Shown piece after piece: positions 1-10,111 of a stretch of 64,000 nucleotides of DNA. The translations under genes and the position numbers were made by a program. The stretch covers positions 32,940 through 96,939 of the forward strand of contig CAWJDT010000006.1 in the NCBI GenBank assembly GCA_963841735.1. The letters run 5' to 3'. Origin of the DNA: an uncultured Actinomycetes bacterium (GTDB taxonomy: Bacteria; Actinomycetota; Thermoleophilia; RBG-16-64-13). A model generated the notes under the pieces. That model was not told the DNA's origin. It saw only the letters and a list, made by a program, of their open reading frames with translations, and searched no databases. How positions within the stretch are numbered: the first letter of the stretch is position 1; every line of letters starts with the position of its first letter.

Positions 1-1458
1 CTTGGAACCCCCGGGATGGATCACGCAGGTCGCCCCCGCGTCGGCGCAAACCTGCAGCGCGTCTGGGAAGGGGAAGAAGGCATCTGAGGCCACGGCGGTT
101 CCCATCAGCGGGAACCTCGACCGACTGACCGCCAGATTGGCCGAGTCCACCCGGCTCATCTGCCCGGCGCCCACGCCCACGGTCATCAGCTCTTTGGTCA
201 AGATGATGGCGTTCGACTTGGTGTGTTTTGCCACCCGCCAGCCGAACAGCAGATCGCCCCACTCGGCTTCGGTAGGATGACGCGTGCTCACCACCTGCAT
301 GTTCTCGCGCTGGTCGACCTCGCAGTCCCAATCCTGCACCAACATGCCGCCCATGACCCGCTTCATGTCAAAGGTTCCGCAGGTGTCGCGGTTGAGCTGG
401 CCGGTGAGAAGGCGGATGTCCTTCTTCCGAGTCAGGATCTCAAGAGCGTCGTCCGCGTATGCGGGAGCCCACAGCACTTCCACGAAGATGGCCGACAGCC
501 CCAGGGCAAGTGCTTCGTCCACTGTCCGGTTGACCACGATCACTCCGCCGAACGCCGAGACCGGGTCGCACGAGAAAGCCTTGTCGTATGCAGCGGCCAC
601 CGTCTCGGCCACCGCCACCCCGCAGGGATTGTTGTGCTTGACGATGACACAGGCCGGCAGGGCGAACTCGTCCAGTACCCGCCGGGCCGAATCCAAATCG
701 AGCAGGTTGTTGAACGAGAGCTTCTGCCCGTGGAGCTGCTCCAGCGACGCCGGCAGGGAGCCACCCGCGCCCACCTCGGAGTACCACGAGGCACGCTGGT
801 GCGGGTTCTCGCCGTAACGCAGATCGTCGAGCTTGACCAGATCGATCATAAAATGCTCTGGAAAATCCGCTTCCTGTTCCCCAAACCAGTTGGCGATGGC
901 CGAGTCGTAGTGAGCGGTGTGATGGAAGGCCTTGGCGGCCAGATGGCGGCGCGTCTCGCGCAACAGCTCGCCCTTGTTCTCCTTGAGCTCCGCCAACACG
1001 GTGTCGTAGTCGCCCGGGTCGGTGACAATGCCCACCGCCGAGAAGTTCTTTGCGGCCGAGCGCACCATGCTGGGACCGCCGATATCGATGTTTTCCACGG
1101 CGTCGGCCTCGGTCACGCCGCGTTCAGCCACCGTCGCCTCAAAGGGATAAAGATTCACCACCACCAGATCGATGGGCGCGATGCCCAGATCGGCGATGGC
1201 CTTCATGTGAGAGGCACGCTGCCTGTCGGCCAGAATGCCCCCGTGGATAGCGGGGTGCAGCGTCTTGACCCGTCCGTCCATGATCTCGGGAAACCCGGTC
1301 ACCTCGGAGATGCCGGTAACCGGCAGTCCCTCTTCCTTCAGGTAGCGGGCCGTCCCTCCGGTGGAGATGACCTCCACGCCCAACTCCACTAAGCCCCGCA
1401 CAAACGGGGCGAGATCCTTCTTGTCCGACACCGACACCAGTGCCCGTTTGACCTTCAC
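1..1458 (-). CDS. purH: Bifunctional AICAR transformylase/IMP cyclohydrolase (3' end runs off the window)
   Basis: Read manually because it is absent from the ORF track. GTG start after GAGGAGG; MKVKRALVSVSDK, GRVKTLHP, DIGGPSM, LRYGENPHQ, KHNNPCG, ASDAFFPF, HPGGS motifs, all in one frame. Confidence 0.96.
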   Translation of the reverse strand, partial: MKVKRALVSVSDKKDLAPFVRGLVELGVEVISTGGTARYLKEEGLPVTGISEVTGFPEIMDGRVKTLHPAIHGGILADRQRASHMKAIADLGIAPIDLVVVNLYPFEATVAERGVTEADAVENIDIGGPSMVRSAAKNFSAVGIVTDPGDYDTVLAELKENKGELLRETRRHLAAKAFHHTAHYDSAIANWFGEQEADFPEHFMIDLVKLDDLRYGENPHQRASWYSEVGAGGSLPASLEQLHGQKLSFNNLLDLDSARRVLDEFALPACVIVKHNNPCGVAVAETVAAAYDKAFSCDPVSAFGGVIVVNRTVDEALALGLSAIFVEVLWAPAYADDALEILTRKKDIRLLTGQLNRDTCGTFDMKRVMGGMLVQDWDCEVDQRENMQVVSTRHPTEAEWGDLLFGWRVAKHTKSNAIILTKELMTVGVGAGQMSRVDSANLAVSRSRFPLMGTAVASDAFFPFPDALQVCADAGATCVIHPGGSK

Positions 1459-1468
1459 TATATCCTCC

Positions 1469-2257
1469 TCAGTCCTTTTTATTATCCCAGTCTACCTGCA
1501 CCTGCCGGGTTCCCGAATGAGGGGTTTGCACCCTCCCCTCCGCGATCATGCGGATGGTGGCCGGCAACAACTCATGCTCCACGGCATGTATTCGAGCCGC
1601 TAGGCTCTCGACCGTGTCGCCCTCTTTCACCCGTACCGCCTCCTGGGCGATGACCTCCCCGGTATCCAAGCCCTCGTCGACGAAATGCACCGTCACTCCG
1701 GTGACCTTCACCCCGTAGCGCACCGCGTCGCCGATGGACGTGGTGCCCGGGAACGCAGGCAGCAACGCCGGGTGAAGGTTGATCACCCGCCAAGGGAAGG
1801 CCCGCACGAACTCAGAAGCCACAAGACGCATGTAACCGGCCAGCACCACCAGATCGGGCCGGGCTTCAGCGACGGCGGCGATAAGGGCCCTGTCGTGCTC
1901 AGCCCGCGTGGCAAAGTCACCGGCCGGAAGTACGGCCGTGGCTATGCCTGCCGCCCGCGCCCGCCCCAGCGCTCCGGCGCCGGGCTGATCGCTCACCACA
2001 AGGGCCACCTCAATAAGAGGGCTCCCGACTGAGGGCGCCGTGGCCGCGGTCACTGCCGGCGCGCCGCCAGGCTCGGCTCGGCCCGCGCCAGGCTCCGCGA
2101 TAGGCTGTGGGTGCAGGCTATCGATGATCGCCTGCAGGTTGGTGCCGCTCCCTGAAGCCAGCACCACCAGCCGAAAAGCCGGGGAGCCGCTCCCGGCTTC
2201 CGCGCCCACCGCGGCGCCGCAGGCGCCGCCGGGCCCCGAGGGCCCCTCGTGACTCAC
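1469..2257 (-). CDS. purN: Phosphoribosylglycinamide formyltransferase
   Basis: LASGSGTNLQA, LAGYMRL, NLHPALLPAFPG, GVTVHFVDEGLDTG; Ala/Pro-rich inserts. Confidence 0.95.
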   Translation of the reverse strand: MSHEGPSGPGGACGAAVGAEAGSGSPAFRLVVLASGSGTNLQAIIDSLHPQPIAEPGAGRAEPGGAPAVTAATAPSVGSPLIEVALVVSDQPGAGALGRARAAGIATAVLPAGDFATRAEHDRALIAAVAEARPDLVVLAGYMRLVASEFVRAFPWRVINLHPALLPAFPGTTSIGDAVRYGVKVTGVTVHFVDEGLDTGEVIAQEAVRVKEGDTVESLAARIHAVEHELLPATIRMIAEGRVQTPHSGTRQVQVDWDNKKD

Positions 2258-3303
2258 TCCAGCCCCTCCAAGACCACCCGCTCAGAGCCGGCCGCTATCT
2301 CGCCCAAACGGAACACCCGCTCACCGACGGCGGCCAACAGCTCCGTCGCCTGCGCCTCGGCCTCTGGGGGCACCACCAACGCAAAGCCCACCCCCATGTT
2401 GAAGGTCCGGAACATCTCACTTTGGGCGACGCCGCCCAACTCCTGAAGAGCCCGGAAGACCGGCGGCACCGTCCAGGCGTCGACGCTCAACCTGGCCGAC
2501 AGTCCCTCGGGGATCACACGGCCCAGGTTGCCGGCTATGCCTCCGCCGGTGATGTGGGCCATGCCCCGCACGGGCACTCCCTGTTCCAGCAGCCCGAGCA
2601 CGCTCCTCACGTAGATGCGGGTGGGCTTCAATAACGTATCGGACACGCTCTCCTCAAAGCCCCGAAGACACTGGTCGAGCCTCAGTCCGCCCGCCTCAAG
2701 GATCTTGCGTACCAGCGTGAACCCGTTGGAATGCACGCCGTCGGAGCCAAGGCCAATAACGATGTCGCCCGCCAGGACGCCCGAGCCGTCGAGCAGCCTG
2801 TCACGCTCCCCCACGCCCACGCAGAAGCCGGCCAGATCGAACTCGCCGGGAGCGTAGAGCCCGGACATCTCTGCCATCTCGCCGCCGACAAGGGCGCATC
2901 CCGCCCGGCAACAACCCTCGGCCACACCGGAGACCAGCTGGGCCATATCCGCGGGCACCAGTTTGCCCACAGCTACATAGTCGAGAAACAGGAGGGGACG
3001 AGCTCCCACCGTGAGAACATCGTTCACCGACATAGCCACCAGGTCGATGCCCACGGTGTCCAGACGGCCCGTCTCCATGGCCAGCAGGATCTTGGTACCC
3101 ACTCCGTCGGTGCCGGTGACCAACACGGGGTTCTCCATGCCCTTGGGGAGTGCGAAGAGACCGGCGAAACCACCCAACGAGCCCATCACACCAGGGATGT
3201 AGGTCCTTTCGACGTCCTTCTTGATCAACCTTACAGCTTCATCGCCGGCGTCGATGTCCACCCCGGCCGAGCGGTAGGTCAGATCGCCGTCAGTATCTCC
3301 CAT
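2254..3303 (-). CDS. purM: AIR synthetase
   Basis: YRSAGVDI, TDGVGTK, GGEMAEM, GVHSNGF, HITGGG, TFNMGVG. Confidence 0.97.
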   Translation of the reverse strand: MGDTDGDLTYRSAGVDIDAGDEAVRLIKKDVERTYIPGVMGSLGGFAGLFALPKGMENPVLVTGTDGVGTKILLAMETGRLDTVGIDLVAMSVNDVLTVGARPLLFLDYVAVGKLVPADMAQLVSGVAEGCCRAGCALVGGEMAEMSGLYAPGEFDLAGFCVGVGERDRLLDGSGVLAGDIVIGLGSDGVHSNGFTLVRKILEAGGLRLDQCLRGFEESVSDTLLKPTRIYVRSVLGLLEQGVPVRGMAHITGGGIAGNLGRVIPEGLSARLSVDAWTVPPVFRALQELGGVAQSEMFRTFNMGVGFALVVPPEAEAQATELLAAVGERVFRLGEIAAGSERVVLEGLE

Positions 3304-3667
3304 CGATGGGTCCCCCTGTGGTCACAGTGCTGTCAAAGGTAGTGTCGGTGAACCTCTGGATGAAGATCGGGACACCAACTATGGTGGTGGGAGTAGAAGT
3401 GACCGTCGAGATGGTCACAGGAGCGGCCGGCAAAGTAGTGGTAGAAGCGGCAGCGGCCTCCGAGCCTTGTCCGTCATCGTCGCCGAACAACCCCCCCAGT
3501 TTGGGCAGTTGCACCGGCGTCAAGATCACGATTACGCAGACCACCGCCGCCAGACAGGCCCCGGCGATAGCCAGGAGCTTGCGGCTGTGCTCGATGGCTC
3601 CCAACAAGAGCGACAAGAACAAGCCGCTCAAGAGAAGGAACAGGACTATGCTGACAGAGCTTCTCAT
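3290..3667 (-). CDS. Hypothetical membrane protein (2 TM, Thr-rich tail)
   Basis: Two N-terminal hydrophobic helices; overlaps purM start; GAAGGA upstream. Confidence 0.6.
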   Translation of the reverse strand: MRSSVSIVLFLLLSGLFLSLLLGAIEHSRKLLAIAGACLAAVVCVIVILTPVQLPKLGGLFGDDDGQGSEAAAASTTTLPAAPVTISTVTSTPTTIVGVPIFIQRFTDTTFDSTVTTGGPIDGRY

Positions 3668-3925
3668 TCCTTCAGGGTATCAAAACCGCAGAAGCCTGTC
3701 CCCAAAAAGCTCCGGCCTCCAGAGGGTCAACGCGGACGTAAGTATGATGGACGTTCTTCAAGCCCAGCGGAGCCTGACCGCAACCGGAGAGATCCACTGC
3801 GGCCTGATGACTAGGGTTTCGGCGCCGGTTCGAAAGACGGACTCCGTGACTTCTGAGTCGTCATGCGAACTTTAGACGACGCCGCCGAGGGCATACCGTC
3901 CGGGTTAGTAGGCGATATTGACGCT

Positions 3926-4090
3926 CTAGCCCTGGGACAAGGGCGAGCTACCCGCTGTAGCCTTCTGCTCCAAGCGACTCGCACGGCGGTGATCTGCTTT
4001 CACGTCTGCCCTTGTGAGCGCGATGATTATGAATGCCCATACTATCAATGCTGCGACAGCGATGGCTGCCTGGACCAGAGGACTTAACAT
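3926..4090 (-). CDS. 54-aa single-TM small protein
   Basis: Below the ORF-track cutoff. AAAGGGAGA RBS, then MLSPLVQAAIAVAALIVWAFIIIALTRADVKADHRRASRLEQKATAGSSPLSQG. Confidence 0.55.
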   Translation of the reverse strand: MLSPLVQAAIAVAALIVWAFIIIALTRADVKADHRRASRLEQKATAGSSPLSQG

Positions 4091-4404
4091 GTCTTGTACC
4101 GTCTCCCTTTGCCGTCAATCATTGCTTCCTTGGGAGCGTATCCACACAATCTGTGTAATACGCGCGTATGACCACAATGGCCCATACAGCGCCTGTTTGT
4201 CAAGGTATTCGTTGTTTTGCGTATTACCACACTGCGACCGACCCGTCCCATCTCGGTTCGGATTCCCCCGAACAAACGGCGTCCAGCGAACGAGGCTTCA
4301 GCCTGCGGGGGAAGGAAGCTGGCGGGGCTACGGCACCACATTCGCGTCTGATAGACTCATTAGGCAAGTTTGCTGTTTACAACACCTCGGTTCGAAGGAA
4401 AGCC

Positions 4405-4656
4405 ATGGCAATGGGCCCACGTGAGATCCAACGCCTCTCGATAAGTCTTCCGCGGGAAGATGTTGAGACACTTCGCGAGCTTGCGGCCCTAACCGGACGC
4501 CCGATTTCGCATATTGTTGGGCAATTCTGCAAGCCGGAACTCGACGTCGCACGCCATATCCTTTCACTGGGGCGAGCGCACGATCCCCTCCTGTGGGACA
4601 CAGTGGGGCGACTGATGGCAGAGCCCAAAATCGGGGACCCCCCGACACCGGAATAG
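4405..4656 (+). CDS. Ribbon-helix-helix (CopG-like) DNA-binding protein
   Basis: GAAGGAA RBS; QRLSISLPREDVETLRELAALTGRPISHIV fits the RHH strand-helix-turn-helix pattern. Confidence 0.6.
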   Translation: MAMGPREIQRLSISLPREDVETLRELAALTGRPISHIVGQFCKPELDVARHILSLGRAHDPLLWDTVGRLMAEPKIGDPPTPE

Positions 4657-4822
4657 CGTCCTCGGTGGTCCACGCCACAGACACCTAGCGCAAAGGATCC
4701 CTCCGACGCGTGCCTTCAAGCTCACGCGGTCTTCGGGGCCGCGGCGTTTTGGCTACTCCTCTCTGCCAGCCAGGGAGATACTGCATTTGAACACCCCTCC
4801 TCCAAAGTGCTACCCTTCCCAC

Positions 4823-4964
4823 CAGCAAGCATGGTGCCTCCACAGTTAGGCTCCGAGCAACAGAGGAGCCGAGAGGGAAGCCGGTGAGAAGCCGGCATGG
4901 TCCCGCCACTGTAACCGGGTCGAGTGACAAAACACGCGAAAGCCCGGGAGTCAGATACCTGCTG
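4823..4964 (+). promoter_or_regulatory. Cobalamin riboswitch
   Basis: GGTGCC...AGGGAAGCCGGTGAGAAGCCGGC...CCCGCCACTGT...GAGTCAGATACCTG (B12 box), directly upstream of btuF. Confidence 0.92.
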
Positions 4965-5125
4965 TAGAGGAGGAGCATCAGCTCTCCGTGGTAGAGAGCT
5001 CACTCCGTCCCGACGCGCGCGGGACGCCACTCGGTTCGACCGTCACTGGTCCGGCCGGGGAGTAGCCAACCTGCTCTCCACCATCTTGCGGGCCTTGACC
5101 ATAGGTTGAACCGAAAGGAGTCCGC

Positions 5126-6121
5126 ATGATCGGACACCCAACGCCACGCCGCAAAGCGGTGTGGTCACACTTGCTGCCCTGTGGGCAGCGCGAGAATTCC
5201 CGCACCCCCCTACTCGCCGTGCTGCTAATGGCAGTGCTGCTGGTCGCCTCGCTTGCCGTAGGTGGCTGCGCTTCGGACAAGACCGGCGCCGGCGAAGCAT
5301 TCGCGACAGTGACCGACGACAACGGCACCATGGTGACCATCAATGCCGAGCCCATGCGCATCGTGTCTACGGCCCCAGCCAACACGGAGACGCTGTTTTC
5401 CCTCGGTCTGGGCGACCGGGTCGTTGGGGTCACCTCGCTCGACGAATACCCGGCTGAAGTGGCCAGCATAACCAAGGTGGGCGACTACCAGGCCAACGCT
5501 GAGGCCATCGTCGCCCTCAGCCCCGACCTCGTGGTGGGCTACTCCGGCAACGAGGAGGCGCTCGCGCCCATCGCGACAGCCGGAACGCCGGTCTTGATCC
5601 TCAACCCCAAGAACCTGGACGAGATCTACGCCAATATCGCCATGGTCGGAGAAGCGACCGGAGCCAGGACCGAAGCCACCGACCTGGTTGCGTCGATCAA
5701 GGCCCAGATCACCGCGATCACCGAGGCAGCGGCCGCTGCCGGGGAAACACCGTCCGTGTTCTACGCCCTTGACGACACTCTCTACACCAGTGGCCCAGGT
5801 TCGTTTGTGGACGAGCTGCTTGGCCTTGCCAACGCCACCAATGTGGCGGCGCAACCCAAAGCCGACGGCACGCCTGCCGACGCCTATCCACAATTCTCAG
5901 CCGAGCAACTGGTGGCAAGTGATCCAGACATCATCCTGCTGTCTAAACTTGCCTTTACCAGCGTGGATAAGTTCACCACCGACCCCCGCTTCTCGGGGCT
6001 CAAGGCAGTGCAGGCAGGCCATGTCTACCTCATAGACGACAAGATCCTCACTATCCCCGGGCCGCGCATCGCCCAGGGCCTACAGATCCTGATGGAAGCC
6101 GTACATCCCGGGCTGCTGTAG
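5126..6121 (+). CDS. btuF: Cobalamin ABC transporter substrate-binding lipoprotein
   Basis: Lipobox-like VGGC; RIVSTAPANTE, GDRVVGV, PDLV, PGPRI; lies under the B12 riboswitch. Confidence 0.88.
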   Translation: MIGHPTPRRKAVWSHLLPCGQRENSRTPLLAVLLMAVLLVASLAVGGCASDKTGAGEAFATVTDDNGTMVTINAEPMRIVSTAPANTETLFSLGLGDRVVGVTSLDEYPAEVASITKVGDYQANAEAIVALSPDLVVGYSGNEEALAPIATAGTPVLILNPKNLDEIYANIAMVGEATGARTEATDLVASIKAQITAITEAAAAAGETPSVFYALDDTLYTSGPGSFVDELLGLANATNVAAQPKADGTPADAYPQFSAEQLVASDPDIILLSKLAFTSVDKFTTDPRFSGLKAVQAGHVYLIDDKILTIPGPRIAQGLQILMEAVHPGLL

Positions 6122-6139
6122 CCCCCGGCAGCACCGGCG

Positions 6140-6186
6140 GCCGCACCCCACCCACTCTGCGCGCGTTGGAGCGGGTGGGGTGCGGC
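6140..6186 (+). terminator. Long GC-rich hairpin between btuF and btuC (mRNA-stabilising or attenuating)
   Basis: GCCGCACCCCACCC...GGGTGGGGTGCGGC inverted repeat; no U-tract. Confidence 0.5.
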
Positions 6187-6227
6187 GACAGAGAATCGCA
6201 TCGCGGTCACGACGAGGAGCCGCGTAG

Positions 6228-7269
6228 GTGGACATGACTAGAAATCGACACAAGGTGTACCGCCTGGTTATGGCGGTGCTGGCCGCCGGCCTAGTGGCTG
6301 CCGTGCTCACCGCCATGGTCGTGGGCGCGGCGGGTCTCTCACTGGGCGAGGCGCTCAGAGCTTTCGCCGGGCTCATACGCCACGGCGCCCGCGCCACCGG
6401 CGACTATCCCGATTGGGCACCCGGTCTGCTTCTAAACCTCCGCCTACCCCGCATCGTCTTGGCACTTATCGTGGGGGCGGCCCTGTCGACCGCCGGCGCC
6501 TCTTTCCAGGGCATCTTCCGCAACCCCCTGGCCGAGCCCTACCTTCTGGGGGTATCGGCCGGTGCCGGCCTGGGTGCCACCATTGCCATAGTCATGAAGC
6601 CGCTGGCCTCCCTGGGCATCTACACCTTGCCTTTGCTGGCCTTCGTCGGAGCGACACTCGCGGCCTTCTTGGTCTACCGGCTGGCCACGTTCGGCGGGCA
6701 GACCGGCGGCGCGTCTCTGCTGCTCTCGGGCGTGGCCGTAGGCTCCACCCTCACAGCCATCATGTCGTTCATGATGGTGGCCACCGAGAACGACCTCCAC
6801 ACCGTAGTGGTGTGGCTGATGGGCGGGCTGACCACGGCTACCTGGGTGAAGATCTACATCACCCTGCCGGTGGTGGGCGGGGGCTTCATCTACATGATGC
6901 TCTCGGCGCGCCGCATGAACCTGTTGCTTATGGGCGAGGAAAGGGCCAGGGAGCTGGGCATCAACAGCCAGCGCACCCGGCGGAACCTCATGGTCGTCGC
7001 CGCCCTTACCACCGCCGCGGCAGTGTCATTTTCGGGGTTGATAGGCTTTGTCGGGCTGATGGTGCCGCACATCATGCGTCTTTTGGTGGGACCCGATCAT
7101 CGCCGCCTGCTGCCCGGCCGCTGCCCTGTTCGGCGCGCTTCTCCTGCTTGTGGCCGACACGGTAGCGCGCACCGTCATTGCGCCGTCGGAGATCCCGGTG
7201 GGCATCATCACGGCCGCGACCGGAGGACCCTTCTTCCTCTACCTCCTCCGAGCCAGGAAAGGGGTCTGA
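6228..7269 (+). CDS. btuC: Cobalamin ABC permease (FecCD family); 1-nt frameshift near 7115
   Basis: [35 protein letters not shown]; C-terminus [20 protein letters not shown] lies in the shifted frame and ends at TGA 7267-7269. Confidence 0.88.
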
Positions 7270-7270
7270 G

Positions 7271-8540
7271 GTGAAACCCCAGGAGTCGCCGCCCTTGGTC
7301 TACGACGTGCGAGCCCTCGAGGTGACTCTCGGCGGTCGCAAAGTGCTCGGCCCTCTCGACCTGGAGGTGCCCGTCGGCTCCTTCGTCGGCATCCTCGGAC
7401 CAAACGGCTCGGGCAAGACCACCCTGCTCCGAGCACTCTCCGGTGGACTTCGGCCCACAGCCGGCGAGGTCTTGCTGGAAGGAAAAACCGGTGGGACGCT
7501 ACGACGCCCCGGGACTGGCACGCACCATCGGCGTGGTGCCCCAGCATTTCACTCTCGACTTCAACTTCACTGTTGAGGAGATGGTGGCCATGGGCCGCTA
7601 CGCGCACGGAAACGCGGCGACAGGCGAGCGGGCGGCCGACGGCGAAGCCGTGGCCGCCGCGCTCAAATCCACCGGCACCACCGACCTTGCCGGGCGCCTG
7701 ATCACCCAGCTCTCGGGGGGAGAGCGCCAGCGAGCCCTCATCGCTCAAACTCTTGCCCAAGAAACGCCCGTGCTGCTGCTGGACGAACCGCTCAACAACC
7801 TCGACCTCAACCATCAATTGGAGACCATGCAACTGCTCAGCCGTCTCCACTCGGCAGGCAGGACCATCATCGCGGTGCTGCACGACCTCAACATGGCCGC
7901 TCAGTACTGCGAGGAGTTGGTGTTGCTCGACCAGGGACAGTTGGCGGCACGGGGTAAAGCAGCGGACATTCTTGACCCAAGGCTGATCCTGGAAGTGTTC
8001 AAGGTCAGGGTGGCCGCCCACCGCCAGGGCCGGCGGCCGTACCTCACCCCCTTATGGTCGGGAGTGTCGGTGCGGTCGCCCGCGGCGGACCAACCCCGCG
8101 TGCACGTGATCGGAGGCGGGGGCGCGGCCTCCGGACTGGTGGAAGAACTGGTGGCCCGCGGCTTCACCCCGTCCGTGGGCATTGTGAGTGTGTTTGACAC
8201 CGACTTCGCCACAGCCCAGAGATACGAGTTGGAAGTGGTTTCGGCACCCCCATTCGAGCCGTTTCCGGAGGAAGCCGTACAAGAACTTGATTCGTTGATC
8301 GAACGTGCGGAGGTGATCATCATCGCCCCCGTGTTCTTCGGACGAGGAAACCTCGCTCCCCTTGAGACTGCGCTCCAGGCGGCACGAAGCGGCAAGAAGG
8401 TCATCGTGGTAGCGCAACCACCCTTCAACGAGCGCGATTTAAGCGACGGTAGGGCGACAACGCTGCTGGGGCAACTGCTGGCGGAGGGCGCCATCGCAGT
8501 TTCCGACTCTGCCCAGGCAGCGGAAGAGATCGCCTCCTAG
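7271..8540 (+). CDS. btuD: Cobalamin ABC ATPase with C-terminal extension; frameshift in A-run near 7485
   Basis: GPNGSGKT in one frame; [18 protein letters not shown] in the next; extra domain of about 150 aa. Confidence 0.85.
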
Positions 8541-8580
8541 CCCCAGACATGCTCCGAGCGGCTAGGCCTTCGCCGACGCC

Positions 8581-8727
8581 CTACTCCTCGGTGCCGGGTC
8601 CATGCGCCTCCAACTCGTCGAGCCTCCGGCGCAGCACCACCTGCTTGCGGCCCAGCCAGAGCAGGTACACAGCAAGCAAGAGCCAAATGGCTCCGTAGCC
8701 CACGGCGAGATAGCCCATGCCGCTCAT
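8581..8727 (-). CDS. ccmD: CcmD-family small membrane protein (48 aa)
   Basis: MSGMGYLAVGYGAIWLLLAVYLLWLGRKQVVLRRRLDELE...; ATGA overlap with the ccmC stop; not in the ORF track. Confidence 0.75.
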   Translation of the reverse strand: MSGMGYLAVGYGAIWLLLAVYLLWLGRKQVVLRRRLDELEAHGPGTEE

Positions 8728-9434
8728 AAGTCACCTCCCCACTCGTCACCTTGAGAAGCCATGCGATCCACCCGGTCTTTCATTCCCTCGATGCCCACAC
8801 GCAACAGCAGCAGATAGACGAACAGCAGGGTGAAGGCCGCCAGGCAGATCGCCAGCACCCAGACCATGGTGGTATCCATGGCGAAACCTCCCTTACCGAG
8901 GAGGCGAGGATGCACCGTACGCCACCACCAGATGGACAGAAACACGATGGGCACGTCTATCCACCCCACGATGCCGTACACGGCGGAAAGCCGCGCCCGT
9001 TTGACCCCCGGCAGAGCGACCGACCGGAGCAGCAGATAGCCCACGTAGATGAACCAGAGGATCAGCGTGGTGGTCAGGCGGGGTTCCCACGTCCAAAAGA
9101 CGCCCCACGCCGGCTTGGCCCACAAGGGGCCGGTCACCAGGGTGATGGTGGTGAAGACCACGCCTATCTCGGCCGCCGCCCCGGCGACCCGGTCGTAGCA
9201 CAGCTTGCCGGTGACCAGGTAGGCGATGCTGAAACCAAAGACGCAGGTGAAGGCCGGGCCCAGAGCGATCCAGGCGCTGGGCATGTGGAAGTAGAAGAGC
9301 CGCTGCACGTCGCCCATCTCGGCCTCGCGCGGGGCCAACACCAGCGCAGCCAGGGTGGCGAACACCATGGCTGCTCCGGCGACCGCACCCCACACGGTGG
9401 TCGATCTGCAGATTGTCGCGGGCTTGACCTTCAT
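8724..9434 (-). CDS. ccmC: Heme exporter CcmC
   Basis: FYFHMP, WAKPAWGVFWTWEPRLT (WWD motif), WWRTVHP. Confidence 0.92.
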   Translation of the reverse strand: MKVKPATICRSTTVWGAVAGAAMVFATLAALVLAPREAEMGDVQRLFYFHMPSAWIALGPAFTCVFGFSIAYLVTGKLCYDRVAGAAAEIGVVFTTITLVTGPLWAKPAWGVFWTWEPRLTTTLILWFIYVGYLLLRSVALPGVKRARLSAVYGIVGWIDVPIVFLSIWWWRTVHPRLLGKGGFAMDTTMVWVLAICLAAFTLLFVYLLLLRVGIEGMKDRVDRMASQGDEWGGDL

Positions 9435-10111
9435 CCCTCCACCACGTAGTCAAAAAGGACGAATCCCACGGCCACGAACACCACATCGTATATCGCCATG
9501 AACGCCGCCCACAAGCCGGGGATGCTCCAGGGCTCCTCACCCAGCAGCGCGACCGAGCAACGAGCGGCGGCGATGAGCAGCGGCACGAGCAGCGGCAACA
9601 CCAGCACGGTGAGCAACGCCCCCCGGGCGCGCACACCGGCCGTCATCGCGGCGGCCAGGGTGCCGATGGCCGCCAGGCCCACCGCGGCCAGGAGCATGAC
9701 ACCCAGCAGCGCCAGCCAGGCAAGGCCAAGCCCCACGTCGTAGAGCACGGTAAAGAACAGCAGCACCAACAGACCCGCCGCGAACGACAGGATGAGACTG
9801 GTAAGCAGCTTGCCTAGGTAGATGGCCCCCCTATCCACCGGGGAGAGCAGCAGCCCGTCCAGGCATTGCGCCTCCTTCTCCCCGTCAAAGGACCGTCCGA
9901 CGGCCAGCAACCCAGGGAAGAGAAAGGCCGCCCACAGCACTCCAGAGCGGGCCATCTCGGAGTCACTCGACCCCGGCTCCATGCTGAAGCTGAACACCAA
10001 GACCACCAGGAAGCCCAGCAGAACCATGGTGATCACGGCGCTGGCCGAGCGTAGCTCGCAGCGCAGGTCCTTCTTGGTGATAAGCCAAGCGTGCGCCAGC
10101 GCCGCCCTCAT
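9431..10111 (-). CDS. ccmB: Heme exporter CcmB
   Basis: KKDLRCELRS, FDGEKEAQCLDGLLLSP, LVLPLLVPLL; ATG overlaps the ccmA stop. Confidence 0.9.
   Translation of the reverse strand: MRAALAHAWLITKKDLRCELRSASAVITMVLLGFLVVLVFSFSMEPGSSDSEMARSGVLWAAFLFPGLLAVGRSFDGEKEAQCLDGLLLSPVDRGAIYLGKLLTSLILSFAAGLLVLLFFTVLYDVGLGLAWLALLGVMLLAAVGLAAIGTLAAAMTAGVRARGALLTVLVLPLLVPLLIAAARCSVALLGEEPWSIPGLWAAFMAIYDVVFVAVGFVLFDYVVEG

Noticed and set aside
223-1392. Long + strand ORFs (also 16736-18385, 22996-24405, 33865-35274, 45675-46685)
   Set aside because: They are antisense shadows of real genes in GC-rich DNA and carry no recognisable motifs.
3804-3860. Hammerhead-like CTGATGA...CGAAA core
   Set aside because: Stem II cannot pair, and there is no proper stem I/III around a cleavage triplet.
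4138-4146. DnaA-box-like GTATCCACA
   Set aside because: It is a single mismatched copy with no cluster, so not evidence for an origin.
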